Origin: Halocafeteria seosinensis
Taxonomy: Eukaryota
DNA length: 49,020 nucleotides
Direction of reading: 5' to 3'
Assembly: GCA_001687465.1 (NCBI GenBank)
Contig: LVLI01000100.1
Span: forward strand, 124,001-173,020
The notes beneath the pieces were generated by a model. The model was given only the letters and a program-made list of their open reading frames with translations, searched no databases and was not told the DNA's origin. Below, piece after piece: positions 12,378 through 25,775 of this stretch. Both the position numbers and the translations under genes were made by a program. The number at the start of each line of letters is the position of its first letter. The first letter of the stretch is position 1.

Positions 12378-13292
12378 ATGCAGCTTTCATTGGATAAAAT
12401 GGCAGCAACTACGGGGAAACGAAGCAAGCCCTCAGAGAAGAAGGACGAAAGGTCCCATTATGTAGGGATACTCGCTCATGGCGCTGGGGCTGGAAGTAAC
12501 AGTGATTGGATGCGAACGTGGACGCGTCGCTTGAATGATACAATAACGCCAACAGTCTCCTTCGATTTTCCTTGTAAGTCTGAGTTGTTGTGGATTCATT
12601 CGTTTGACTGATGGTATCTAACGGGATTGACGCTTCTCGCAGATATGAAAGAAGGGAGGAAAATGCCTCCCCGAGCCGAAAAATTAACATCCTCTTACGT
12701 GCAAATGGTGAAGGACGCCACCGAGAAAAATCCAGACAAATCAGCAGTGGTCCTTATGGGGAAGAGCATGGGTTCGCGTGTAGCGTGTCATACAATAGCC
12801 GATTCCATGGCAGAGCTACCTCAGTCAAAGCAGTACGCCCTCGTTTGTTTCGGGTATCCGCTTATTGGTATCAACAAGAAAGTGAGAGACGAGGTATGTA
12901 CGACTATGTACTCAGACACAAGGTTACATTAGCATGATAACGCGCTTCCCCTGTCGTCTCAGGTTCTAAAAAAAATACCGGAAAGTGTCCCTGTACTGTT
13001 TATCGCTGGGAGTAAGGATAAGATGTGCCCCGTCGATGCCTTGAAAGAGATTCAGAAGGAAATGAAGGCAACTTCAGAAATATATACAGTAGACGATGCC
13101 GACCATTCTCTTCAGGTCACAAAGTCCTATCTGAAACGCAACAACACAAGCCAAGATGCTATTGACCAAAGGATCTTGCACGAGGTTACGGACTTCTTAG
13201 ATAGGCATACCCTCGTGCAGACTGCATACCAAATGACAGCATCCATCCAAAAAACTAAAGTTGCTTCCACGAAGCGTCCCCGAAAGCAGTGA
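12378..13292 (+). CDS. TEX30/KANSL3-like alpha/beta hydrolase (3 exons)
   Basis: 'LAHGAGAG', nucleophile elbow 'GKSMGSR', 'CFGYPL', 'GSKDKMC', 'DADHSL'. Introns at ~12573-12641 and ~12894-12962. Confidence 0.85.
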
Positions 13293-13298
13293 TCCACG

Positions 13299-14599
13299 CT
13301 ATGATGGCCCGTGCTGCTCCACGTCGAGAAACAGGTTCTTATAGAATCGAATTCCAGCCATGGAATCGTCCCGACAAAGGTATCCTTGCTGCTCGGCTAA
13401 CTGCAATTTAAGACCCCATCAATTGACGAATACAGACAATGTGCGCTCCTCTAGCAGGATACACTTACAAGCAAGTGATGTTTTGCTATAGGAAGAGGTA
13501 CATGCCATTGAGTGGCTAGCTCTGCTGCTGATACCCATTGGGTGTAGTCTGATAGCATGGATACTATTCGACGGACAATTGTAGCTTCATCATGAGACTG
13601 TATCTGAAGTACAGCCGTTCCCGATTCAAGAGTCTTCAACCTGATACCTAAGTTTTGTTGATCCATAATCGAACAAGCCTTCCACAGGTCCTTTGGGGAA
13701 ACGAGGTGCGTTCCTCGAGCCCTATTATACAGACAGTACACATCTGTAAGGGTCATCATTCCACCTGATCTTTCCAAGAAGCGTTTTGTAAAATCTGCAA
13801 GCTGTCTCGCCAGTTGGTTATAGTATCGGCTGCCTGCAAACCAATGGAGGCGGATCTTCTCCCTATGTATCGAGTGGTGTCATCAAGACCTACCTGAAGT
13901 TTCCTTAGTCACGATGTTCGTCAAGCCGAGATTTTCCGTTAAGTTCGCGAACTGTTGTTTCTCCTCTGTAGGTTCCTCTGTCTTCTTGCCTGTTTCCTCC
14001 GCGTACCTCTTCGCTAAATCTACAGCCTTCCGGGCATTCTTAACCAAAGCATCCAAATCTGAGAAAGCTTGTTCACTGAACTTTTGCTCCTCGGCGTGAT
14101 CCTGTTGTCTTTGCTGGATGAGTCCGGCCACACCAAGAGTTTTCGTCCTCCGTTGCGAGCCTGTGCTGGCACCGTGTGTTTCCCATGAACGCCTTTGACG
14201 TGCAGTGTAGAGCCAATCCTTGAATTCTTGTTTGCCTTTTCCTTTAAAACCGAACTGGATTACTCGACCAGATTGAAGTTGGATACCAATTTTGGGAGTC
14301 CGAAACAGACGCTCCGAGTCTGAAACATTCACTATGCTGCTAAGATGCCAACTGTAACCGGGAGTTGTGAAGTTGATTTCCGACGGCGATCTTCCTCCTT
14401 TGATAACGCTGTCGATTGCTTCTTGTGACAGCCAATAGACTTTATGGGTGGAAATAGTGGCAGTCCCGTTAATCATCAACTTGGTATCGCCATCATACAA
14501 ATCCACATGTCTATGTGCGCAATGTTGAATTTCTTCGTCTGCCTCGAACTTGGGTTGGCCCGTGGGCGATAGCTCCACTGGTTTTCCGATTTCTGTCAT
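13299..14599 (-). CDS. VPS36: ESCRT-II subunit VPS36
   Basis: GLUE-like N-terminus ('VDLYDG...THKVYW'), 'QAFSDLDAL', and EAP30/WH region '[20 protein letters not shown]'. The last exon '[23 protein letters not shown]' ends at TAG 13301-13299. Confidence 0.93.
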
Positions 14600-14959
14600 A
14601 TCCTATCCAGTGCTCCACTACCGTATATAACCCCCTTGACAATCCCCTGGAATAGCTACTACCATCAATGCTCCCGATCCAGCATGAAAGGATACGCGTG
14701 GGACGTTGAAGTTGTGACACGACATTCTTTTCGCCGCTCTTTCGGAGGTGCTAATTCACTGCTGAAGCGCTGACCGAGCAACGGGGCACACACCGACAAA
14801 CACCATGCGTACTTCTTTGATATGCATCTTTATATATATGTAGAGATCCTCCTGAGAAGGATATCTGGAGGTGTACAGGGTTGGTGCTAGATAAGCAGCG
14901 TAGAGCTCTGAAGTTAAACAGAATGAGGTTGGGACGTGATATACAGCGGTGAATGCACA

Positions 14960-17900
14960 ATGAGAGGAAGGAATCAGATCCCAGCTGCTGTGCCTTTCCT
15001 ATTTTCATTCCTACTATTCGCATCTGTTGAACGGCAGGCACGCGCGTGGATTTCTTTTCCCACGTTTAGTTTGGAACCGTGGTGTAACCAAGTTGAGAAC
15101 CCCCCGTGGCCTTTTGCTTATCAGAAGGACGGCGGGGATCCTGTGTCAGAGCCGAAAGGGAGGACAGCATCTAATCAACAGTTTTTTGGAGAACAGTGTA
15201 CGACGCTGGGAACGAGATCCATCTGCTTCCTCTGCAAAGACCCTCAATGCCGAAATCCAGACGCAACAAATTCATCAGACCTACCATGTCAGTTTCAAAT
15301 ACAGGGAGCCGACTGGGGGTCTCTTCCGAAAAACATCCCAACAGTATCTGACGTTCCCTTCGCAGTGGGTACTTCCATTATGCACAGGTACGACTACGGC
15401 AACGCGGACAGGATTTGCGTCATGCTCAGTGGTGGAGCGTGTAGCAGGCACGACAAAGATAGTTACGCTGACTGCGAAGTCAAATGCTGGGGCGCGCATA
15501 TACCAGACCGACCCGTACCCTTTGAGCAAGGATGGACATATAGCAATCAAACAGGCTCAGCTCAAGGAGAAGTGGTCACAACTCTAGGAAATCTGAATGG
15601 AACAGAAGGACATAGAGACGGAAGCGCCTCAGATGCAATGTTGAACCGTCCATCTGCAGTAGCGGTGGACTTCGCTGGAAACTTATATATCGCCGATACG
15701 GGGAACCACGTCATAAGGTTCTATAATAAGTCAGAAGATTGGCTGTACACCATAGCGGGTGTGTCTGTGATAAGCGGAATAAGGGATGGACTCGCCAATC
15801 AGTCACTCTTTAATAGACCAGCCGGTATTGGAGTTTTCTTTCCACCCGAGGCGCAGTTTCCCATTGTCTATGTATCAGACACGGGGAATCATGCGATTCG
15901 GGCTATCGTGGTCGTTGACGGGGACAATGGAAAAGCGTTTACTTCCCAATTGCTTCGTGTTACAACCATTGCTGGAGGTGGATCCAATTTGGAATCACTG
16001 TTCGGAGCAGAAGATGTCGGTGACAGTGGTTTCGCAGACGGTTTTGGGACGGAAGCCCGGTTTAATAACCCTCGCGGAATCGCAGTCAGCGAAGACGGGC
16101 GGTTTATCTTTGTTGCAGATATGAACAACCACGTTGTAAGGTTTATAGAGAAAGAGCGAGACTCTCAGTTTAGAGTGGGCGTATTGGCCGGAACCATAGT
16201 CAACGTCACTTCTTGGGACTACGAGATTGGTGACGATGATGCTTTTTCGGGACTACTCAAGGCCCAAGTAGGGCTGGAGGCCGCCGAAGTATCCATAGAC
16301 AGCGGCCAAGTTGGATGCCCTCCAAACATGGATCCATCAAGACCCATGGAATGTTTGGTTGGTCTCAAAGGGATTCAGGATGGGATAGCTAGTAAGGCTA
16401 AATTTACGCATCCATTCGACGTGGGTATAGGACCCGCGGAGGAATCACAATTTCCAACGGTTGTGGTCGTCGACCAAGATCGAGTGAGACTAGTAACGGG
16501 AATACAAAACACTTCATTTCCCAGCTTGCTATCTTCAACCGCTCGAGTGGTCACGCTTGCAGGAGGGAATGTGGATGGGGACACTGACGGCTCAGGCGAT
16601 ACGGCGGTCTTGGATAAACCAAGGGTGCGTTGCCAAAGCCAGAAGTATTGTTAACTCTATCTGTGTATGGTTTTGTCTGTCGTGATCATGGTGCTGCAGG
16701 GAATATTCTCGGACCCTAAAGGGAGAATTTTCGTTTCTGAAACGTTGCCGTGTCGTCTGAGGCAGATTTCTCCTGCCGAAATGGTCGCTTACCCCGTCAC
16801 ATGTAGAGCCTCGGCCGCTAGCGTCCTAGCACCTCAGGGTTGTTCTAGCTATGATCCTCCAGTAGATCAAGTGGATAGACTCATGACTGCATCTGCTAAA
16901 AATGTCATCTACAATTTTGAACATCCCCACCTTGAAGGAATTAAGCGAAAAGAATGTTTGGGATCTCCTCCCCTGGACATTGGTATAGAAGCGATAGCGC
17001 GTAGAAAAGGATCTAACGGCGGTACCATGAGTAGCAACTTTACCAAGAACGAAGATACTGGAGAACTGACAACTATCCGGATAAAATGTCCTGGGTCATG
17101 CATGGAAGAGTACGAGAGTAGTCCTGAGGAGTTTGTAATAGAAGGAACTGATATTTATTCGGATAGAAGCTCCGTGTGCTTGGCTGCTATTCACAGCGGG
17201 GTCTTAGACCGTGACGGTGGAACTGTTACGCTGAGGCTCCAAAAAAATGTATGCATCGGCTGCAAGGGCACCCAGTTCATTAAAGGAAACATTTCTCGTG
17301 GAATTTCGTCGGATGATATTCTAGAGAGCGGACGCACATTTGACTTTGAAGAGTATCCAGTCTACAAAGTAGAGGTCCAAACTGTCGCAGGCCCTCCGTC
17401 AGCTCCGCTTTCTAACCCGTGCGGATATGTTGATGCAAAACCACCTACATATGCAAAGTTTGACTCTCCTGGTGGGTTAGCTGCGTATCCGTTCGTCGAA
17501 ATAGGTGGACCACTACCTGGGGATGGAGAAGCCAATACGGTATACATCGCTGACGAGGGAAATAATGTGATTCGTAATTTGATTGGAGGCTGCTCAACAA
17601 TATGTGAAAATGGAGGAGTGTGTGTAGCAGGAGATGAATGCAGTTGTCCTCCAGGTTGGACGGGAATAAGCTGCGATGTTCCGCAATGTAACGCTGTAAC
17701 ATGTGAGGACAGAGAGATTTGCACAGCACCCGAGATTTGTACGTGCGTACCAGGCTACACTGGCTTCGAATGCGATGAACCGTTGTGCGTGCAAGAGTGC
17801 CAAAATGGGGGCATATGTGTAGCTCCGGATACTTGCGGCTGTGCACCTGGTTGGTTTGATTCCAATTGCACTACGCCTGTGTGCACTCAGACCTGCGGTA

Positions 17901-20900
17901 ATGGTGGAGACTGCGTGCAACCGGACATTTGTAGGTGCACGGAGGGTTGGAGCGGAGCAGACTGTAGAACTCCAGTGTGTGAATCTCCCTGCCAAAACAA
18001 TGGGACATGTATAGCTCCGCATACATGTCGGTGTAATCCGCACTGGAGTGGTTCGGACTGCTCTCAGCCGTTGTGTCACCAAGGGTTCTTCCTCGCAAAT
18101 GAAGGGCCAGCACTGCTAGAAGACTACATCCCGTGCGATTTTTCAACGTGGTGCAATGTCACCAACGAGTTTGAATGCCTTCAACAAGAGTTGAGGACTC
18201 TTGCAGAGTCTCCCACTTTACCTTCTGCAGCTTTTTTTCCTCGATGCTTTATAATGGAATTAGATACGTCTCTTGTAACCCCTTTTCGATACCTGGTTCG
18301 TGAAGATGTGGCAACAGAATACTTTAGGAACACTCCGCGTACTCTCTTTCCTGAAGGCTTACCGGAAACAAATCCCGACCGCCAAATTGCCTTGGTACAG
18401 AAACGAGTGTTTTCCAACGGGAGTTTTGAATGCGCGAATGGAGGGTCTTGCGTCGCTCCAGATACTTGCCGATGTAGAGACGGCTGGACTGGATTTGATT
18501 GTAGGATTCCAATATGCAGAAACGGTTACTACGACCCGAACCGGCGGGCTGAATCTTGGAACTACTTTTGTAGTTTGAGACCATTGACAGTCTGGGAGAA
18601 CTTCCAAACACTGAATGGAAAATTCCCAGGTTACATTCATGAGCATCCAAACTTCTTTTCGATTCGCGATGATAGTGGTGTCACTTCTGGATTTCCGCAA
18701 ACTCATATCTTAAGATTTCCTGATAATTTCGAAAGTTTCGAAGGGTGGCGTCTTGACGGCTGGTACGAATTGGATAGTCCTGGAACCAACAGTCCACCTG
18801 AGTGGCGTCATGGAATTACGTGCACACCCTTATTTAAACGAAGCTGTAAGAATCCGACAAAACAGGCATTTTACAATGCTATTCCAGGCGGGAATCTTCT
18901 GACGGACCCAGAGCAAGTATTCGCTCCTATCCTAAACTTTACAGACAAAGAAGGTTTGTACTTCTCCGATGTATCAGTATCTTACGACGGTATGTTTTTA
19001 ACTCTAATAAATACTTATTTGCAGTGATTGCCAGATGGAGGTGGACAGAGGATGGTGGAAGTTGCACTGATGAAGTACAGGATGGCTGTTTTAATAGAGG
19101 AACATGCGTTGCCCCGGAAACCTGCAAGTGTGCTCCAGGATGGGAAGGACACGATTGTTCCTGTAAGTGCATCATCCGTACTAGTTGATTAGCATAATAT
19201 GCGTCAATTATTGGCAATGCCGTTCTTTCTTTACGATTCAGTACCGGTGTGCCGGCAGAGCACGGAAACTATCTCTCAGGAGCCCGACCTTCCCGTTACA
19301 TTACGAAGGGCAAACGGGGTGAATAAGGGCAATGTCTCGGTGCTTGACGAAACTCAACTCCCACAGAAGGCAGGTGATGCGCTTATTCAGTACAGGAAGT
19401 GCCCCAACGCTGGAAACTGTACGTTACCTGATCACTGCGTGTGTGAACGCGGATGGGAAGGAGAGAACTGCACTAAACCGGTTTGCGCACAAGAGTGTAT
19501 GAACGGCGGTAAATGTATTGCTCCTGATACCTGCTATTGTCCGCAATGGTCGAACTCATTTCGGGATTCCCGGGGAAATTTTTACTTCCGACGCCAGGAC
19601 GAAACTCCACAGCAAACAGGGTGGACAGGATTTGACTGCAACACCCCCATTTGTGTGCAAGCAGAGAGATGGTTACCGAATGTACCTCCGGCAGTTACCC
19701 CAGAAACTTTAGAAGTAACGTTCAACAATGGTACGCACCAGGCTGGATGTAGCGGATTTCATTTCCTAAAGCCCTTAAACAGGACACGCGTATCGACTAA
19801 ACTGTGCGGACAACAAGTGTGGTTCCAGGGGGCGTACATTAATAGCTGGGAATTCCGCCCATTGGATAATGACGACCTGACGCGGCGAGTGACTGGCAGA
19901 AACATCCGAGTCAACACACCAAACTATGTTCGCGAAGAGAACACAATTGATTCCGACTGGACTGAAGGACCATTAGTCGAAGGAGAAGGTATATATGCGT
20001 GCTACAATGGTGGAAGTTGCGTTGCACCCGATACATGCGTTTGTTCCGAAGGCTGGTCAGGATACGATTGCAACACACCTTCTTGTAACTTTTCGAGAGC
20101 CGATGGGACCACCAGTTCCTGCAAGAATTCAGCAATTTGCGCCTTTAGGAACACCTGTACATGTCCTCGTTTTCCTTCTCACCTTCCAGAAGTACACGAC
20201 GAGATACGTCCGATGATGACGGGATACACCGGCCCAGACTGCGCTGTTCCTATTTGCGCTCAAGGCTGGCTATCGTCAGATTGCGAGGATGTTGAGGACC
20301 AGTCGCTTCTTTCACCATCTGGAGAATGCTATCGGTGTCCCAATGGAGGCATTTGCGTTGCTCCTGATTCATGCAAGTGCCCCAACGGTTGGACTGGCTA
20401 CGACTGTCGCACACCCGCATGTACACAACATGCGACAGACAAGCTAATTGAAGAGCTAGATACGGTAGACCCTCTGAGAGTACAGGAATTTGAAATTGAC
20501 CCGTGCGGCACGAAACAAATGGTCGAATTTGGCAACAGGTTGGTTTCCCGAGGAAATTGCACTGGTCCAAACGTGTGTACCTGTATATGTAAAAGAAGGA
20601 CTGCTCCAGGAACATCACCGTGGAAAGATCCTTTCGATAGGTCCATTCCTAAATCATCCATCTTTGGAAGATTTGATTGCGCTTCCGGATTCGAAGGCGA
20701 GTTGGATTCGGAGGGGAGATTTTCAACATGCCACCTAGAGATTTATGAGCCCTCCTGGATCGAAGAAAACACTCTCAACCTGGTCCTATCAATTACGTTC
20801 TCCTTTTTGTTTATCGTGATCGTATATATACTCATTCGAAGGAAGCTGAAGAAGCGCCACCAACAAGCGCGGGATGCTAGGCGTCGTCGCCGTGAAGCGT

Positions 20901-20935
20901 ACGAGGATGGTCTCGCAGAAATGGAAGATGAGTAA
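14960..20935 (+). CDS. Large type I membrane protein: NHL repeats, LCCL domain and many EGF-like repeats (teneurin/tenascin-like)
   Basis: Signal peptide; NHL repeats ('LYIADTGNHVIR', 'FNNPRGIAV'); LCCL ('GTDIYSDRSSVCLAAIHSG'); many 'CxNGGxCVAPDxCxCxxGWxGxxC' repeats; C-terminal TM helix plus basic tail. Introns near 16625-16699, ending at 19024, and near 19163-19241. Confidence 0.85.
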
Positions 20936-20944
20936 GCGAGCTCA

Positions 20945-22786
20945 TCAGAGAAACTTTTCCTCAAGAGCTTGATAGGCCTGCTGGAGACGAGGAATTCGAG
21001 AAATCCACTGAGCTGTTGGAATGTACGAACTGTTGCACTTTGAAACTGTAGATATCTCGCAAGGATTAGCACTCTCACCTGCACAAGCCATCAATGCGCC
21101 ACCAAGAGCAGCAGCGTCTGCAAAGCCAAACGAAAGAGTCGTACATCCAAAAACTTCGCTTGTTAGCTGGATTAGGTTGTGCGACTGGGATCCACCACCA
21201 GTGACCACTACCTTCGTGTACTCCTTCCAGCCACACTCCACGCATCTCAGTCTCATAGAGAGCAGTTTCGATAGTACGGCGGCTGCAGCCCTTTCGTGTG
21301 TAGCCAGGCTGTTAGGCTTTCGCACGTGCGTTTGCTCGTCGACATTGTACACCGCTTCACCTACGAAGTCGATCGGTGGGGTTATTTCCGGAAGGATATT
21401 ATATAAGCTTACGTGTTTGGCATTGTCGCTATCCGACGCGAAGAATCCAAGAGTATCATTGAACGTTTCCCACTTCGCATTCTCACTGTGGCTTCCACAT
21501 AATTCATCTGCCAGACGGCTTCTTACCAAGCCTCCATTTTTGTAGCAAAACAAGGCAATGTAAACATTTCCATCCGGATGGGTCGGCGAGACGAAAACAT
21601 TGCATCCCTTAAATTTTGGAGGGTTTCGAACTAGCATCATGAGGGTGTCGCTTGTACCTAGACTAATGCCAATTTCTCCAGGGCGGGAAAGACCAAGGGC
21701 GGCAATTGCACTAGGGTTATCACCCGTAAAAGCACACACGTTGCAGCGTTCTGGGAAACGATACTTCTCCTTGAAGTAAACTGCGATATCTCCAAGGATG
21801 TACCCACTGGAGCAAGTCTCACCGAGAAATGATGTACAAATGTCATCTTTGGAAGTATCAGCTGTTTCTGCAAATATTGAAATTGCTTCCGCGGCCCAAC
21901 ACTTCGATCGGATATCAAACATGTTCGTCCCGCTTGCATCTCCCCAATCAATGGGAGCATATTTTCCTAGTAGTATGGAGGGAACAACACTGGATACCAG
22001 AGACAAGCGTTCAAAGTGCTGCAATACGTTAGGCTGATCGCGGGTCCTCTTCAGTAGCTGCGCGAGGGTGAAACGTTCGTAGGCTCTAGAACCTGTTATT
22101 TCTTGAAGTCGGTCGGCACCACCAAACCACGACTCAATGCAATTGCATTCGCTTGTTGTTGAACTATCCATCCATCTGGTTTGGCATCACATGTCGAGGC
22201 AATTAACAACGGCTCTTAAAAGGTCCCCTCCCATAGGGTGCACTTACATGGCTGACTCTCTTTCTCCAAAGCAATCTTGTAGTTGTTCCGTTAGAGATTT
22301 ATTCGGGTCTAATTTTTGTAGCACACCTGAAGAGCCACTCTTCCATAGACAAAATGCATGCTGTTGGCCACATCCTGAGATTCCACGGACACGTTCTGCA
22401 TCCGATTGTTCACATCATCGAGCTTGCAATGTAACAGTCACCTTCCGAGATGGTTAGAATGCTCACGTACGGAACGGGAAGCCTTTCTCCTTGAGCTTGT
22501 CCAAACATCGTTCAAATGCATCCACCCACATGATGGGATGCTGCGTGACGGTTCGTCCGTCCTCATGAATGTGAATTCCATCTCTCGTCGCATATCCACC
22601 GAGGTCATCGTACTTCACGGACACTTTCTCGATAATATCGGAGCATGACCGAGGAGGTGCTGCTTGGTCTCCTTGGGCATCCGACGTCTGTGGAGGGCAC
22701 CCGCTGGACTTTACTTCCAGCGCGACAATGGTGCAGCCCGAAGTTGAACTATCGACTCCGAGGTAGATATTGCTCGTCATTTTCAT
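20945..22786 (-). CDS. XYLB: Xylulokinase (FGGY family), spliced
   Basis: 'YLGVDSSTSG', 'GISGCGQQHA', 'GSRAYERFT', 'FTGDNPS', 'ISLGTSDT', 'YKNGGLVR', 'VTGGGSQ'. Confidence 0.88.
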
Positions 22787-22861
22787 AAGAATGGGGAGGA
22801 TTGGTGGTAGCCGATGTGAGTAATTTTTCCACACAATCAAACCGACCGTCTGTCTCCGATA

Positions 22862-24085
22862 ATGACGTCAAACAACGAATCCCAGCCCCCGACCGTCTTG
22901 GACGGACGCCCGGGGCAGCACTCGCCCCAGGAAAAGATGACCATGGCCCTCTCTCAGCGTAAAGTACTGCTCGTATGTGGAAATCTGTCCGTGCCGGTCG
23001 TCCTAGAGAACCCGGAGTATGCTCGCAAACGCACCACGCCACCGTCGCTCTCGCCACCGTCTGCCGCGCAGCTACAGAATGAGGGTCCTATCCCGGTATC
23101 CATTCTGGGCTTCACTTCTCTCCAAGCGGTCGCTTGCTACCCAGTGAATCACGACAGAGACTCGGGGATCTCCTCGATCACTTACATGCGGCCTGCTATG
23201 GAAACTGAAATCGATAGAGATGATGCTGCCTCAGTGGTGAAGCGCACGTACTCTGTGATGAGTGGCTTGGTGGCTGCTATGGTGGGCGTAAGTATCCTGT
23301 GTAATTCCAAAGGAATCTACCTCTGGAAGTTGAAGGGATATTCCTCCTTTATTCTTTCGTGTTTGCAGTGTGAATACGTTGGAGTAGCTACGTTTGGTCT
23401 GTCGGATAAACCGGCGGTGCTATTATGGCCAGTTCGTGTGGTTGATGGCACTGATGGCTGCAGGTACGTACGGCCCTCAAGCTCGAAACCACAATATTTC
23501 TAGAGAAGTTGATTGGATGACTAATTGCTGTGCAGTGATATATGCCTTGAATGTAGGTTTGTGGATGTGGAACAGGATTATCCCGGAATTGGGAAGCTCA
23601 CTGAGTTGGCGTTGCTTCCATTTCAAACGATCTCTCCTTTTTCAAGCATTGGAGATTCCGAGATAGACTTTCAGGGATTCTGTTCCTTCAGTGATCACTA
23701 CCGAAATGGGGAGGAAAGCAAGGCAGTATATATGAGTGGCACTCCCGAAGCACTGGAAGTGGCATGGAAGGAGCTGCAGCAAGCTGGTGACCGGCTTCCC
23801 AAACAAACCAGAGATTTTGTTGAACAGGCAGAGCGGATAATTGATATAGCAGAGACATACGAAATAGAAGGAATGAAAGACTGTCTTATGTCACTGGTAG
23901 AGTCCCTAGCAAACCGACTACGGGACAAACGTGACCAGCTTCATTCAAAGCCTGGTTCAAAGAGGAAGAGCACTAGCACGTACTCAATGACGAAGTCTAC
24001 CCAGAAAGAGGATGCTTCCTTAGTATCGGCTTTGCAGTCTTTGGAAGATATACGCATACAGGTGTACAACGGCCCGGCTACCTAA
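22862..24085 (+). CDS. Hypothetical protein resembling the C-terminal half of Integrator subunit 14 (3 exons)
   Basis: Introns at ~23288-23368 and ~23464-23557. The C-terminal helix pattern 'PEAL...LQQAGDRLPKQTRDFVEQAERIIDIA' recalls INTS14 (recalled from memory, not searched). Confidence 0.45.
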
Positions 24086-24177
24086 GAGCCCAAGTATTGT
24101 TAATTGTTGCACCTGGATTCCATTGGGTTACAGCACATGACGGTCTTCTCCGAGGGAGATAGCATCGCAGTGTACTA

Positions 24178-25304
24178 TTATAATTGGAACCTCCTGCGTG
24201 ACGTGTCCATCACTTTGCGTTTGTGGACCCACTCGTATTCACCTTGAGTGGTGTTAAATGTATCTGCCAGCAGCCAACGCAGTTTTAATGTGAAACGAGG
24301 CCCTAACTCCTGCAGATGGGCTTTACGGCCTTTGGAGTCAAATATGTAACGGTGCTGCCTCACAAAGACATAGTCTCGTTGGTTATGAAATGTAACGACC
24401 CGCCTTCCTTCGAATTCAGGAGACTGCGTTCAGAGAGAACATTTGTGAAGTTCAGGTGACACACTTTGCAGGTGTCTATGAGCTTACATGGGGGAATAAA
24501 GAGCCAAAGAGTCTTCCCGTTCGATGCCCCAGGCGTGTGTTAAAATTGTTGAGAATAATCTCTGGAATGTGATCGGTTGGATTTCCGTGTCCTTTGATCT
24601 CTTTGCGCATCATCGTGCTTGTTAGCTTGAAGCACGCCGTTGGCCCGACTGGTAAATGGATGATGATAAGACTGCAGCGTACATGCACTGTGCAGGAGAA
24701 AGTGCCCACAACATTGACCCAATCAAGAGACAACGTACCTATTTGGTTTCTTTTGTTTCTCATCGATAAATAAGAGATGTGTAAACCCTTTATTATGGGC
24801 GAATTTGCAGATCTTCTTGAGTTCAAAGTTGCCTCGTTTATAATAGAATGCGTTCGGTATCATCGACAATAGCTCCCCAATCAAAGGGAACACACCCTTG
24901 GTGGGTCTGGGCCGCGTAGTAATCATCAATTTTGGGTCTTTGAGCGATTGAAAATATGGAGCGAACTCATCCTCAGCTTCATCCTGCAAGACTTCTTCGT
25001 CTTCGGGGGACACAAACGTATCATCAATTTCCCTCGTATTCTCTATGGTTCTCGGTATCTGTTTCGGCGGCGCTTGATCACCTAAGGTGTCCCGCTCCCT
25101 CTTTCGCTTCTCTTGGCGTTCGCGCTTTTCTATTTTCTTGGCTCGTTTTTGCTTCCTGTACACTTCTGTTCGCTTGAGACGATTTCCGATTTCGCTCGTC
25201 TTAGCTCGGAGGACCCCCTCTCTTCCTCCTTTTCCCAAGCTTTTGGCAGAGCTTTTACTGCTATGTCCCGCACTTATAATTGCGGATTTGTTTGAGGAAC
25301 CCAT
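24178..25304 (-). CDS. RPF1: Brix-domain ribosome production factor 1
   Basis: 'PRTIENTRE', 'DEFAPYF', '[18 protein letters not shown]', '[12 protein letters not shown]', 'DTSRRRFQL'; spliced. Confidence 0.93.
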
Positions 25305-25775
25305 TTTAGTGCTTGGTCTCGATAGCGAATGCGTATCCACTCCGTATAGGCCTCACAATCAAACCCCTCTCCTGCGTTGCTGCGCTCCAAGCATGGCCGT
25401 GGTTCACAGGTCTCACAAAAGATTGTCCGGATCCAACTCGGTTTGCGAAAAGATTGTCGTGTATCCTAGAGTACCTTTTTTGCCCCCTATCATGGGGCCC
25501 TTTCAGCTTTTTTGTTGAAGATACATGATGGACACGCCCTCTTCCAGGTGTATTTGTTGCTCGTTCCACACCTGACGCGTGGCGTATTCAATTCATCGTA
25601 CGACAACGATCACCGTATATACTTGTGAAAAGCTGTTTTTGTGTATGAAATTGTGAGAGTAGTGGGTAAGTGCAATATCTTGGATTCCTCCTTTGCCCGT
25701 GACACAAAAAACTCCAGGCTTTTTGGATTCCTTTCGTCTTTTATCTTCCTTTTACAGAGCTTCTACCCGTGGAAC

